Source: Deltaproteobacteria bacterium (GTDB lineage Bacteria > Desulfobacterota > Binatia > UBA12015). From it: DNA of 64,000 bases. How positions within the stretch are numbered: position 1 is the stretch's first letter; each line of letters opens with the position of its first letter. Both the position numbers and the translations under genes were made by a program. The stretch lies in assembly GCA_046583355.1 (NCBI GenBank), contig JAYGCM010000069.1:53522-117521 (forward strand), written 5' to 3'. The notes under the pieces were generated by a model that searched no databases, was not told the DNA's origin, and saw only the letters and a list, made by a program, of their open reading frames with translations. Shown in pieces: positions 1 to 9,236 of this stretch.

Positions 1-1
1 G

Positions 2-577
2 CGTGCCATCATGGAGGCCGCCTGCGAACTCTCGCGTGAGAAGGTCAAGGTCATTCCCGAGATCATGATCCCCTTGGTCGGGGTCGACACGGAGCTTTCG
101 CGCCTGCGGGCGTTGGCGATTTCCGTGGCTGAGGAGGTCAAGAAGGAATATCGCGCCAAGGTCAAATACACCGTGGGTACAATGATCGAGGTGCCACGCG
201 CCGCGATCACGGCGGGTGCGATTGCCGAACACGCGGACTTCTTCTCTTTTGGCACGAACGACCTCACGCAAATGACGATGGGACTCTCGCGCGACGACGC
301 GGGCAAGTTCCTGCCCTATTATGTGGAGACGGGCGTGTTGGAGAGCGATCCCTTTGTGTCGCTGGATCAGACCGGCGTCGGCTTCCTTGTTGAGCATGCC
401 GTGCGGGTCGCCCGCAAGGTCAAGAAGGGTTTGAAATGTGGTATTTGCGGCGAGCATGGCGGCGATCCCTCTTCGGTGATCTTCTGCCATAAGGTCGGTC
501 TGGATTATGTGTCCTGCTCGCCCTTCCGCGTGCCGGTTGCGCGGCTCGCAGCGGCGCATGCCGCTTTGGGTGCTTAG
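2..577 (+). CDS. ppdK: Pyruvate, phosphate dikinase, C-terminal part (5' truncated by window edge)
   Basis: [35 protein letters not shown] and [17 protein letters not shown] are PPDK C-terminal motifs. Confidence 0.95.
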   Translation, partial: RAIMEAACELSREKVKVIPEIMIPLVGVDTELSRLRALAISVAEEVKKEYRAKVKYTVGTMIEVPRAAITAGAIAEHADFFSFGTNDLTQMTMGLSRDDAGKFLPYYVETGVLESDPFVSLDQTGVGFLVEHAVRVARKVKKGLKCGICGEHGGDPSSVIFCHKVGLDYVSCSPFRVPVARLAAAHAALGA

Positions 578-582
578 CGCTA

Positions 583-611
583 TTGACAAGCGTTCGGAAT
601 GGGCGCATTGT
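583..611 (+). promoter_or_regulatory. Putative sigma70 promoter
   Basis: Perfect TTGACA (583-588), 17 bp spacer, CATTGT (606-611), immediately after the ppdK stop. Confidence 0.6.
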
Positions 612-680
612 GGGGGCGAACCAAAAGAGCGGGGACGGTGAGGTCCCCCTAAACCCTCAACCGGAGGTAGAGCACATTTG

Positions 681-716
681 ATGAGCAATACTCTGGACGA
701 TCCACCGGGCTATTAA
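681..716 (+). CDS. Candidate 11-aa peptide MSNTLDDPPGY (in-frame TTG at 678 is an alternative start)
   Basis: Strong SD GGAGGT at 663-668, 9 nt before TTG and 12 nt before ATG; TAA at 714-716; too short for the ORF track. Confidence 0.45.
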   Translation: MSNTLDDPPGY

Positions 717-837
717 CGGTGCTTCGAGCCTGGTCGTAAAACACCCGTTGGAAGTGCCAAGCCAGGGCCGCGTAAGGCGGTCCAACAAAAAATATTTCCC
801 GATTACACTTCGGGACGGCGTGACGATGGTCACGCCT

Positions 838-876
838 GAGAGCCTGCCGGCTTTGATCGGCAGGCTCTCTTTTTTT
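838..876 (+). terminator. Rho-independent terminator
   Basis: GAGAGCCTGCCG / CGGCAGGCTCTC 12-bp stem followed by a T7 tract. Confidence 0.85.
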
Positions 877-971
877 CAGCCGGCCGACCCCTTCCGTTCG
901 GCTGCGTGCGAGAGCGGGCGGTTGGAGTTTCGCTTCTTGTGTTCGCTCGTCGCATGCGCGAAAGGAGAAGA

Positions 972-3134
972 GTGATCATCAGGGAACCATTCGGGGTGCG
1001 TGGGTGTCGCGGCGCGATGCCTGCGCTGATGGTAGTTTTCGCCAGCCTGCTGCTCGCCGCCTGCGGCGGCGGCGGTGCGGAGGGTCCCGAGGTCGCGCTA
1101 CCGGGGCCGCCTGCAGGGCCCGACGGGACCGTCCTTTCGCAACCACGCGATTGCGGCCAATTGCTCGATGCCCTGGTCGCCGATGGCACGGCAAAAATCG
1201 CGGTTCAGGCGGAAAACCTGCGCACGGACCAGGCCAATCGCGGCGTCACCTTCGGCGGTGGGCCGCTGCCGGCTACGCCCGAATTGGGCAGTGACGGGGC
1301 TGACGGCGGGTTGAGTGAAACCAATGTCCAGACAGCCGGCGTAGATGAGGCCGATACCGTCGAGACCGAAGACGGCTGGATTCATATCCTGCATGGCAAC
1401 GAATTTGTCTCGTTTGCGGTGGAAGCCCCAGCTTGGCTGGCGCAGGTCAGCCGTGTCGCGATTCAAGGAGATCCGATTTCCATGTTCGTCGTGGCTGGCC
1501 GCGCGGTGATCTTCTCCGCGATCCGGGATCAGGACGAGGAGTTCGGAGCGTCGCGTGATCTCTGCGGCGGCCTCGGCCGGCCCTTCCCGGAGCCTCTATT
1601 GGTCGATGCCGAGTTCGGCATGGTGGCCTGTGTCCCGAGTTATACGAAAGTGACGGTGCTCGACCTTACGGCAAACTCGCCCACTGTGGTGCGCGAGTTT
1701 GCGCTGCAGGGGTCGTTTGCTGCGGCGCGGCGCCACGGCTCGCTGGTGCGGCTCGCGGTTTCGGGTGGTCTGGGGATTCCGGCGACGCTGCCGGATTTCT
1801 GGCAGAGCTTTTGGAGCGGCCCGCAGCCAGAACAAGGGGAGGCCGCCTTTGCTGCTCTGGTGGACGCCTGGGAGGCGGAGGCCATCTCTGCCATCGAGAG
1901 ATCGACCCTCGACGATTGGCTGCCGGCAGGCTTCGAGCGTATTGGTGGCCGTGCCAGTGAGTGGTCGCGCTTGCCGCCGGCCTGCGACCAGGTCTCGGTT
2001 CCCGAGGCCGGGCTTGCCGACCACGGCATGACACGCCTCTTCTCGTTTGATCTCAGCGAAGATACCGGCGCGGTCGCCGATATGCGGATCCTCGGCTACG
2101 CGGCGCGGCTCTACGCGGGTACGGAGTACCTGCTGCTGGCACAGGAAGAATGGGGCTGGCGCTCGCGCGAACCCGCGCACGATCGCACGCTCCTGCATCT
2201 TTTCCGCATCGCCGAAGGCGCACCCGCATTGGCGTATGTGGCGTCGTCTTTCGTCTCCGGCGTACCGCATGACCAATTCTCATTTGATATCGCAGACGAT
2301 GTGCTGCGCGTCTCGACGACTACCCGGACGATGGACGCATCGCCGGGCCTCCCCGGCGATGCGTCCATCACCAACGCCGTATCTACTTTGCGGATCGGCG
2401 CGGATTCGCTGGCGCCTTTGGGCACGACGGGGCCGCTGGCTCCGGGCGAACAGATCTTCGCCACCCGTTTCCTCGGCGATACCGGCTACCTCGTCACCTT
2501 TCGCCGGATCGACCCGCTCTTCGTGATCGACCTCTCGGATCCGGCCAATCCGACGGTGCTTGGCGAACTCGAACTGCCCGGGTTCAGCGATTATATCCAC
2601 CCGCTCGGCGACGACCATCTTCTGACGGTCGGCCGCGCCGGCACGGCGGCGGGCAATCTCGAGGGTGTGGCTTTGCGCGTCTTCGATGTCTCCGACCCGA
2701 CCGACCCGCGGCTGCGTGCGGAGTTCGTGCCCGAGGGCAGCAGCTGGACGGCGGCCAGCAACGACCATCATCTCTTCACCTTCCGCGCGTCCGACGGCTT
2801 GCTCGCCTTGCCGATCGAGGGTTCGTTTCCGGATTGGTCATCCAGCTTGCATCTCTTCGCGATCAAGGAAGACGGCATCCTGGGACTCGGCCGGATTCTG
2901 CACCATTGGCAAGACGATTTCGGCTGCACGGCTACCTCGCCGACTCCGCCCGACTCCTGCCGACGTCCCCCCCCGATGATGCGTCGCGGTCTTTTCGGCA
3001 CGGATATCGTCTATTCGCTCAGCGTGGCCGCTCTGGAAGCTCACGATATCGCCAACCTCGAAACTCCCATCGCCCGAGTCTACCTGAATGACCCCTGGGC
3101 CCGCGCCGCCTCGCCCGCTGGACTCCTTGACTGA
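972..3134 (+). CDS. Secreted lipoprotein with C-terminal beta-propeller domain (Beta_propel family)
   Basis: SD AAAGGAG then GTG at 972; lipobox LLAAC; TNVQTAGVDEAD, GEQIFATRF, YLVTFRRIDPLFVIDLSDP and LELPGFSDYIHP family motifs. Confidence 0.8.
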   Translation: MIIREPFGVRGCRGAMPALMVVFASLLLAACGGGGAEGPEVALPGPPAGPDGTVLSQPRDCGQLLDALVADGTAKIAVQAENLRTDQANRGVTFGGGPLPATPELGSDGADGGLSETNVQTAGVDEADTVETEDGWIHILHGNEFVSFAVEAPAWLAQVSRVAIQGDPISMFVVAGRAVIFSAIRDQDEEFGASRDLCGGLGRPFPEPLLVDAEFGMVACVPSYTKVTVLDLTANSPTVVREFALQGSFAAARRHGSLVRLAVSGGLGIPATLPDFWQSFWSGPQPEQGEAAFAALVDAWEAEAISAIERSTLDDWLPAGFERIGGRASEWSRLPPACDQVSVPEAGLADHGMTRLFSFDLSEDTGAVADMRILGYAARLYAGTEYLLLAQEEWGWRSREPAHDRTLLHLFRIAEGAPALAYVASSFVSGVPHDQFSFDIADDVLRVSTTTRTMDASPGLPGDASITNAVSTLRIGADSLAPLGTTGPLAPGEQIFATRFLGDTGYLVTFRRIDPLFVIDLSDPANPTVLGELELPGFSDYIHPLGDDHLLTVGRAGTAAGNLEGVALRVFDVSDPTDPRLRAEFVPEGSSWTAASNDHHLFTFRASDGLLALPIEGSFPDWSSSLHLFAIKEDGILGLGRILHHWQDDFGCTATSPTPPDSCRRPPPMMRRGLFGTDIVYSLSVAALEAHDIANLETPIARVYLNDPWARAASPAGLLD

Positions 3135-3203
3135 TTCGGGTCCCTTTTCGGCCGCACCGTCAACGCTGACAACCGGGGACGGAATTCGCTAGGGTGCCGG
3201 GCG

Positions 3204-4079
3204 ATGTCTGTGCCCAAGGTACCTGTTTCGGGTGGAACCCGAGTGGTCGGGATTATTGGCGATCCCGTGGAGCATTCGCGTTCGCCCGCGATGCATAATG
3301 CGGCGTTTCGCGCGCTCGACCTGCCGTGGGTTTACGTTCCCTTTCCGGTTTACGGGCGCAGCGTCGGGGCGGCCATTCGCGGCGTGCGCGCGCTTGGGCT
3401 GGCCGGGCTCAATGTGACGCTTCCGCATAAAGAAGCCGTGCTGCGCCATTTGGACGAACTTACCGAGACCGCGCGCGCCTGTCAGGCTGTCAATACTATC
3501 ATCAACCGCCGCGGCACTCTGGTTGGAGACAATACCGATGCGCCCGGATTGACGCGCGACCTGACCGATATCGGCATTCCCGAAAAGGTCGATATGGCTG
3601 TGGTTCTCGGCGCTGGAGGGGCGGCACGCGCTGCCGCCGTCGCCTTGACCAAACGTGCGCGTCGCGTCGTGATCGCGGCGCGTCGTTCGCCACGGGCGCG
3701 CGCACTCGCACGCGATATGAACAAGATTTCGCATGTGCCGGTGAGCGGCGTGCCTTTGTCCGAGTTGGCGCCTGGAGAGCCCAGCGCGGCCGACCATCTG
3801 GGCGGCGCTTCGTTGGTCATCAATGCGACCTCGGTGGGGATGGATGGCGAGGAGTTCTTCCCGCTGGATGTCGCGGCGACACCGCGCACCTGTCGTTTCT
3901 ACGACCTGATCTACACCCAGAAGCGCACGCCATTTCTGGAGTTGGCAGCCAAGAGCCGCCGGCCGACTTCCAACGGTCTTGGCATGCTCCTGCATCAGGG
4001 AGCCCTCGCCTTTACCTTGTGGACCGGAGAGGAAGCGCCGCTGGATGTGATGCGCCGTGCTCTGCGCAGCGCCGAATGA
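3204..4079 (+). CDS. aroE: Shikimate dehydrogenase
   Basis: GDPVEHSRSPAMHN, GLNVTLPHK, AVNT, GDNTD, LGAGGAARA, INATSVGM, GLGMLLHQG. Confidence 0.95.
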   Translation: MSVPKVPVSGGTRVVGIIGDPVEHSRSPAMHNAAFRALDLPWVYVPFPVYGRSVGAAIRGVRALGLAGLNVTLPHKEAVLRHLDELTETARACQAVNTIINRRGTLVGDNTDAPGLTRDLTDIGIPEKVDMAVVLGAGGAARAAAVALTKRARRVVIAARRSPRARALARDMNKISHVPVSGVPLSELAPGEPSAADHLGGASLVINATSVGMDGEEFFPLDVAATPRTCRFYDLIYTQKRTPFLELAAKSRRPTSNGLGMLLHQGALAFTLWTGEEAPLDVMRRALRSAE

Positions 4080-5905
4080 GCGAATTCCGCGGCGGTGGCC
4101 GTGGCCGCGGCGGCGCCGGCGGCGGTGCTGCACGCGGCCGTCCGCAGCGCCGAGAGGCCGGTCCGCCGCCAAGCGAAGATCTGGGTGAGTCGCTGCGCGC
4201 CCTCGATGGGCGCTCCTATGGCGAGTACAAATGCCTGGCGCGACGCGCCTGGCCGCTCGGGGCTTTTCAACTCACGCTCGAGCATGTCCAGGGCGATCCC
4301 TTTGCCGCGCCGAGCCGTGTTCTTCTGGAGGTGCCGGCGCTTGTGCCGGGGCTGGCCGCTTGGGCCTATTCGACCCGCGATCAGCGCCGCGCCACGGCCG
4401 ATTTTCTGCACCGCGCACTGCTCCGTGTGTTGGCGGACGAGGGGCCACGCAGCGGCCACGGCGGCGGCGTCCGGATCACGATTGCGGCGCTCGGTCAGGA
4501 GATTCTCGAGCGTAGCGCTGTGGTGGTGCTGCCCGATGGTGCCTGCCGCATCCGCCTGTCGGTCGGCCTGCCGGCTGCGGGGCGGCGGATTCTCGGTCGC
4601 GCGGCAGCCGAGTTGTTGTTGCGCCGCATGCCCGAAGCGCTTCAGGCCGCGGTTGCCGCAGGGGCCTTTGCCGAGTCGGAATTGCGCCGGCAGGTAGAGG
4701 TCGTTGAGGATCAGGTTGCCTTGCGTGCGGCGTTGGAGGCGCGCGGGCTGGTCGCCTTTTTGGCCGACGATGCACTTCTGCCGCGCGCCAGCGGTGTCGA
4801 TGATCGCCCTCTCGCCGGCGGTCTGCCTCTGCATGCGCCTGCGCCGCTGGCCGTCGAGCTCGACGCACCGAATGCCGGTCGCCTGCGTGGCCTCGGTATC
4901 CGGCGCGGCGTGACTCTGGTGGTCGGCGGTGGCTACCACGGAAAATCAACGCTTCTCGAGGCGCTGGCACGCTCGGTTTACGACCATATTCCTGGCGATG
5001 GTCGGGAATTTTGTGTGACCAACGAGGCGACCGTTTGCGTGCGCGCCGAAGACGGCCGCGCCGTGCATGGGGTCGATTTGCGTCCCTTTATCCACGATCT
5101 GCCGCTCGGGCGCGATGCGGCAGATTTTTCCAGCGAGGACGCCTCGGGCTCTACCTCGCAGGCCGCGGCGATCGTCGAGGCGTTGGAGGCGGGCGCGCGC
5201 GTTCTGCTGATCGACGAAGATACCGCCGCGACGAATTTCATGATTCGGGATGCGCGTATGCGCCGCCTGGTGCCGGCGGGTAGCGAGCCGATTACGCCCT
5301 TCATCGACCGCGTCCGGCAACTCGCAGAAGAGCAGGGCATCGCCTCGGTTCTGGTGGTCGGCGGTGCTGGCGATTATCTCGATGTCGCCGATACGGTGGT
5401 GCGCATGGAGATCTACGCGCCCGCCGATGTCAGTGAAGAGGCCGCTGCCGTGCGAGCGGCGTTGCCTCTCGGCACCGACGCAAGGCCGCAGGCTCCGGGG
5501 CCCTGGCCGCAGCCAGCACCGCGCATTCCGGTTCCTGATTCGTTTGACCCCGGCCGCGGTCCGCGCGGCGAGCGCGTGCGTGCCCGCTCTGTGCGCGGGA
5601 TTGAGTTCGGCCGCGAGGAGATCGACCTCTCCTTGGTTGCTCAATTGGTCGATGCGGCGCAATGCCGGTGGATCGGCGACCAGCTCCTCGATCTCAGCCG
5701 CGGACGTTGTGATGGCGCGGCGAGCATCGAAGAGTTGCTCGACGGCATCGAGGCCCGGCTGCGCGAGGGCGGTATTGAGGCCGTGATCGAGCCGGGTTGG
5801 GGCGACCGCGCCGTAGCGCGTCGTTTCGAGGTCGCCACGGCGATCAATCGGCTGCGCACGCTGCGCTGCCGGAGCACGGCCTCGCCTCGCCTCCCGTCGA
5901 CTTGA
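4076..5905 (+). CDS. Predicted ABC-class ATPase (ABC_ATPase / MRB1590-like family)
   Basis: HVQGDPFAAPS, LPRASG, Walker A GGGYHGKST, ASGSTSQAA, Walker B LLIDEDT; ATGA overlap with aroE. Confidence 0.85.
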   Translation: MSEFRGGGRGRGGAGGGAARGRPQRREAGPPPSEDLGESLRALDGRSYGEYKCLARRAWPLGAFQLTLEHVQGDPFAAPSRVLLEVPALVPGLAAWAYSTRDQRRATADFLHRALLRVLADEGPRSGHGGGVRITIAALGQEILERSAVVVLPDGACRIRLSVGLPAAGRRILGRAAAELLLRRMPEALQAAVAAGAFAESELRRQVEVVEDQVALRAALEARGLVAFLADDALLPRASGVDDRPLAGGLPLHAPAPLAVELDAPNAGRLRGLGIRRGVTLVVGGGYHGKSTLLEALARSVYDHIPGDGREFCVTNEATVCVRAEDGRAVHGVDLRPFIHDLPLGRDAADFSSEDASGSTSQAAAIVEALEAGARVLLIDEDTAATNFMIRDARMRRLVPAGSEPITPFIDRVRQLAEEQGIASVLVVGGAGDYLDVADTVVRMEIYAPADVSEEAAAVRAALPLGTDARPQAPGPWPQPAPRIPVPDSFDPGRGPRGERVRARSVRGIEFGREEIDLSLVAQLVDAAQCRWIGDQLLDLSRGRCDGAASIEELLDGIEARLREGGIEAVIEPGWGDRAVARRFEVATAINRLRTLRCRSTASPRLPST

Positions 5906-6028
5906 GGGCCGGAACCCGGCGAGTGGGCCCCCAGCCGGCCCGCAGCCGTGGGGTGGACCCGTAGCCTATGGGGTGGCTGCCATAGACGCCCCGCTAGCCG
6001 GTGCTCTAGCCTCCCGAAGCAGTGGATT

Positions 6029-6055
6029 TAAGAAGGGCGGGCCGATTGCCGATAT
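6029..6055 (+). promoter_or_regulatory. Putative sigma28 (FliA)-like promoter upstream of pilB
   Basis: TAAG-N15-GCCGATAT versus consensus TAAA-N15-GCCGATAA. Confidence 0.45.
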
Positions 6056-6145
6056 CAGGAGTGGATCGAAGGGGTTCTGCCGCGAGGCGTGCGTCGCGCG
6101 GTATAGCGCCGCCCACGGCTCGGGCGAGTTTGCGAGGAGGATGGG

Positions 6146-7900
6146 TTGGGGAGCGTAGAGGCATTGGTGCGACGACAGCCGGGTGGTGAGCGGAATCCGC
6201 AACCCGCCACGAGCCGAATTGGCGAGCTGCTGCTCAGGCGGGGTGTGATCTCGGCGGGCGATCTGCGTCTGGCGCAATCGCGTCTACGTGAGTCGGGCGG
6301 AGCGCTGACCAGCCATATCGTCAAACATTGCGAAATCTCGGAGTCGGAGCTGCTCACCGTCTTGCAGGAAGAATACCACCTGCCGGTCGTCGATCCCGCA
6401 GCCCTCGACCTTCTCCCCGAGGTCATCGAGATTCTGCCGGCCTCCCTGGTCGCCAAATTCCATGTCGTGCCGGTGAATCTCAGCCGCACGACGCTCACGC
6501 TGGCGATGGCGGACCCGTCGAATCTGGTTGCCATCAACGAGGTGAAATTCCTCACCGGCTTCGATGTGCGGGCGGCGATCGGCAGCCCGACCTCGATCGA
6601 GCGAGCCATCGAGCGCCATTATGAGCAACACGTCAACTACGGCGACGTTCTCTCCGAGCTTGGCGATGACGAGATGGAGGTCGTCCGCGCGGAGGAGGAC
6701 CTCGACCTCAAGCAGTTGGAGCGCGCGACCGAGGAAGCCCCGGTCGTCAAGTTGGTCAACGCCCTGCTATCGGATGCCATCAAGAAGCGCGCTTCCGATA
6801 TCCATATCGAACCCTACGAAAAATCATTGCGCGTCCGCTTTCGCGTCGACGGTGTTCTGCAGGAAATCATGCAGCCGCCGCTCAAGCTGAAGAACGCCAT
6901 CACCTCGCGCATCAAGGTCATGGCCTCGCTCGATATCGCCGAACGCCGCATGCCGCAGGACGGCCGCATCAAGGTGAAGATCGCCAACGGACGCGAGATC
7001 GACCTGCGCGTCTCCACATTGCCGACGCTTTTCGGCGAAAAAGTAGTGCTGCGGATCCTCGACAAGGGTGGTGTGCAGCTCAACCTCGAGAAGCTGGGCT
7101 TCAACGGCATCTCGCTGGAACATTTTCAGGAAGCGATCGCCAAGCCCTACGGCATGATTCTCGTCACGGGCCCGACCGGCTCGGGCAAGACGACCACGCT
7201 CTACGCCGCGCTATCGCAGCTCAATACGGCGGATACGAATATTTCGACCGCGGAAGACCCCGTCGAATACAATCTGCCGGGCATCAATCAGTTGCAGACG
7301 CACGACGATATCGGGCTGAACTTCGCGGTCGCCTTGCGCTCTTTTTTGCGCCAGGACCCGGACGTCATCATGGTGGGTGAGATCCGCGATTTCGAGACCG
7401 CGGAGATCTCCGTCAAGGCAGCCTTGACGGGACATTTGGTCTTCTCGACCGTGCATACCAACGACGCGCCCTCGACCGTGAACCGGCTCCTCAATATGGG
7501 CATCGAGCCCTTCCTGATCGCCTCGTCGGTGAACCTCATCATGGCCCAGCGGCTGGCGCGCAGTGTCTGCGCCAAATGCAAGGAACCGCAGGAACTCCCT
7601 GCGCAGGCTCTGATCGATCTCGGTCTGCCGCCAGAAGAGGCCCAGCCGATTACCGTACAGCGTGGCAAGGGGTGTCCCCATTGTGGCGATACGGGTTACC
7701 GGGGCCGCACGGCACTCTATGAAGTCATGCGGATGACCGACGCGATGCGCGAGTTGGTGCTCGCCGGCGGATCGGCGACCGAGCTCAAGCAGCAGGCGGT
7801 GGCCGACGGCATGATCTCGCTGCGCCAGGCCGGTATCGAGAAGATTCGCCAGGGTCTGACGACCGTCGAAGAGGTCATGCGCGTTACCATGGCCGATTAG
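6146..7900 (+). CDS. pilB: Type IVa pilus assembly ATPase PilB
   Basis: MshEN-like N-terminus RIGELL, ASDIHIEP, Walker A GPTGSGKT, LRQDPDVIMVGEIRD, CxxC...CxxC zinc motif; start approximate. Confidence 0.95.
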   Translation: MGSVEALVRRQPGGERNPQPATSRIGELLLRRGVISAGDLRLAQSRLRESGGALTSHIVKHCEISESELLTVLQEEYHLPVVDPAALDLLPEVIEILPASLVAKFHVVPVNLSRTTLTLAMADPSNLVAINEVKFLTGFDVRAAIGSPTSIERAIERHYEQHVNYGDVLSELGDDEMEVVRAEEDLDLKQLERATEEAPVVKLVNALLSDAIKKRASDIHIEPYEKSLRVRFRVDGVLQEIMQPPLKLKNAITSRIKVMASLDIAERRMPQDGRIKVKIANGREIDLRVSTLPTLFGEKVVLRILDKGGVQLNLEKLGFNGISLEHFQEAIAKPYGMILVTGPTGSGKTTTLYAALSQLNTADTNISTAEDPVEYNLPGINQLQTHDDIGLNFAVALRSFLRQDPDVIMVGEIRDFETAEISVKAALTGHLVFSTVHTNDAPSTVNRLLNMGIEPFLIASSVNLIMAQRLARSVCAKCKEPQELPAQALIDLGLPPEEAQPITVQRGKGCPHCGDTGYRGRTALYEVMRMTDAMRELVLAGGSATELKQQAVADGMISLRQAGIEKIRQGLTTVEEVMRVTMAD

Positions 7901-7994
7901 ATTTCCGGCCTTGCCGCAGCGCTGTCGCGCTGGTGTTGCGGGCCTTTGTGTTGCGCGATGTTGCGCCGGTAACTTTTCGTTGCACCGTCGGTAT

Positions 7995-8022
7995 TCAAGG
8001 ACTGGCGCAAATCCGCCGATGA
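7995..8022 (+). promoter_or_regulatory. Putative sigma28-like promoter upstream of pilT
   Basis: TCAAG-N15-GCCGATGA. Confidence 0.4.
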
Positions 8023-8048
8023 AGAGGGAGAAGGCCCAAGTAGACGCT

Positions 8049-8064
8049 TGGTCCAAGGCTTGCA
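8049..8064 (+). promoter_or_regulatory. Putative sigma54 (-24/-12) promoter upstream of pilT
   Basis: TGGTCCAAGGCTTGCA = GG-N10-GC with TTGCA -12 element. Confidence 0.55.
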
Positions 8065-8119
8065 GTACTTTCAGGGTGTTGCGCCGGACGGGGGTCCGGA
8101 GTTGGGGAGGTTTGTCGGT

Positions 8120-9229
8120 ATGCAGATGCACGAGTTATTTGAGGTGATGTCAGCGCAGGGTGCATCGGATCTTCACCTTGCGGAGGGCGCTGCGCCTACC
8201 ATCCGTGTGGACGGCGCGATGCAGCCTCTGGAGGCCGCCGTGCTGACGGCCGCCGATACCCGACAGCTCTGCTACAGCGTCCTCTCGGAGCAGCAGAAGA
8301 AGAAGTTCGAAGAAGAGTCCGAACTCGACTTCTCCTTCGGCGTCCAGGGGCTTTCGCGCTTTCGCGGCAATCTATTCTTGCAGAAGGGTGCGGTGGGTGG
8401 CGTTTTTCGTGCCATCCCGCATGAGGCTCCGCCGCTTGCGGACCTCGGCTTGCCTCCGGCGGTCGATAGGTTGATCAAGCTGCCGCGTGGTCTGGTGCTC
8501 ATCACCGGCCCGACTGGCAGTGGTAAATCGACCACGATGGCGGCGATGGTCAACGAGATCAACGAGACCCGCGCCGAGCATATCATGACGGTCGAGGACC
8601 CGATCGAATTTCTTCATACGCATAAGCGCTGTATCGTCAATCAGCGAGAAGTTTTTGCCGATACGCAGAGCTTCGGCCAGGCGCTGAAGCATATCCTGCG
8701 GCAGGACCCCGATGTAGTATTGGTCGGCGAGTTGCGCGATCTTGAGACCATTGAGGCCGCGCTCACCATCGCCGAGACCGGACACCTGGTCTTTGCGACC
8801 CTGCATACGAACTCGGCCGTACAGACGATCAACCGCGTGATCGACGTTTTTCCGGCACACCAGCAATCCCAGGTGCGTGCACAGCTTTCGTTGGTGCTCG
8901 AAGCCGTGGTCTCGCAAACGCTGATGCCACGTTGCGACCGAGACGGCCGCGCCATGGCCTGCGAGTTGATGATTCCGAACGCCGCCATCCGCAACCTCAT
9001 CCGTGAGGAGAAGGTCCACCAGATCTACTCCCAGATGCAGGTCGGCCAGCAGAAATTCGGCATGATCACACTCTCGCAATCGCTTCTGGACCTCTATACC
9101 CGCGGGCTGATCACGCGGGATGCCGCCTTGCTCGCAGCGACCGAAACCGATGAGCTCGAGCGCATGATGGGTAGTGCCGGGACGGCAGGGTCCGGCGCGT
9201 CTGGTTCGCGCATTACATTGGCGCGCTAG
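8120..9229 (+). CDS. pilT: Type IV pilus retraction ATPase PilT
   Basis: ASDLHL, GPTGSGKST, EDPIEF, LRQDPDVVLVGELRD, AETGHLVFATLHT, AIRNLIRE; SD GGGGAGG. Confidence 0.95.
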   Translation: MQMHELFEVMSAQGASDLHLAEGAAPTIRVDGAMQPLEAAVLTAADTRQLCYSVLSEQQKKKFEEESELDFSFGVQGLSRFRGNLFLQKGAVGGVFRAIPHEAPPLADLGLPPAVDRLIKLPRGLVLITGPTGSGKSTTMAAMVNEINETRAEHIMTVEDPIEFLHTHKRCIVNQREVFADTQSFGQALKHILRQDPDVVLVGELRDLETIEAALTIAETGHLVFATLHTNSAVQTINRVIDVFPAHQQSQVRAQLSLVLEAVVSQTLMPRCDRDGRAMACELMIPNAAIRNLIREEKVHQIYSQMQVGQQKFGMITLSQSLLDLYTRGLITRDAALLAATETDELERMMGSAGTAGSGASGSRITLAR

Positions 9230-9236
9230 GTCGATC

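Larger units (their letters stand above)
617..876 (+). ncRNA. Candidate structured small RNA / leader RNA containing a small ORF
   Basis: Bounded by a promoter and an intrinsic terminator. Hairpins: GGGGAC/GTCCCC (631-648), GTTGGA/TCCAAC enclosing CCGC/GCGG (747-786), TCCCGA/TCGGGA (797-815), GGCGTGAC/GTCACGCC (817-836). Confidence 0.5.

Noticed and set aside
612..672. Resemblance to a c-di-GMP-I (GEMM) riboswitch (GGCGAACC...GGGACG...CCTAAACC...AGGTAG)
   Set aside because: The GNRA-capped stem and GCAAAGCC segment are missing, and a competing GGGGAC/GTCCCC hairpin forms; not supportable without a covariance-model score.
748..975. 75-aa ORF in the ORF track
   Set aside because: Runs through several hairpins and a strong terminator, has no SD and no recognisable motif.
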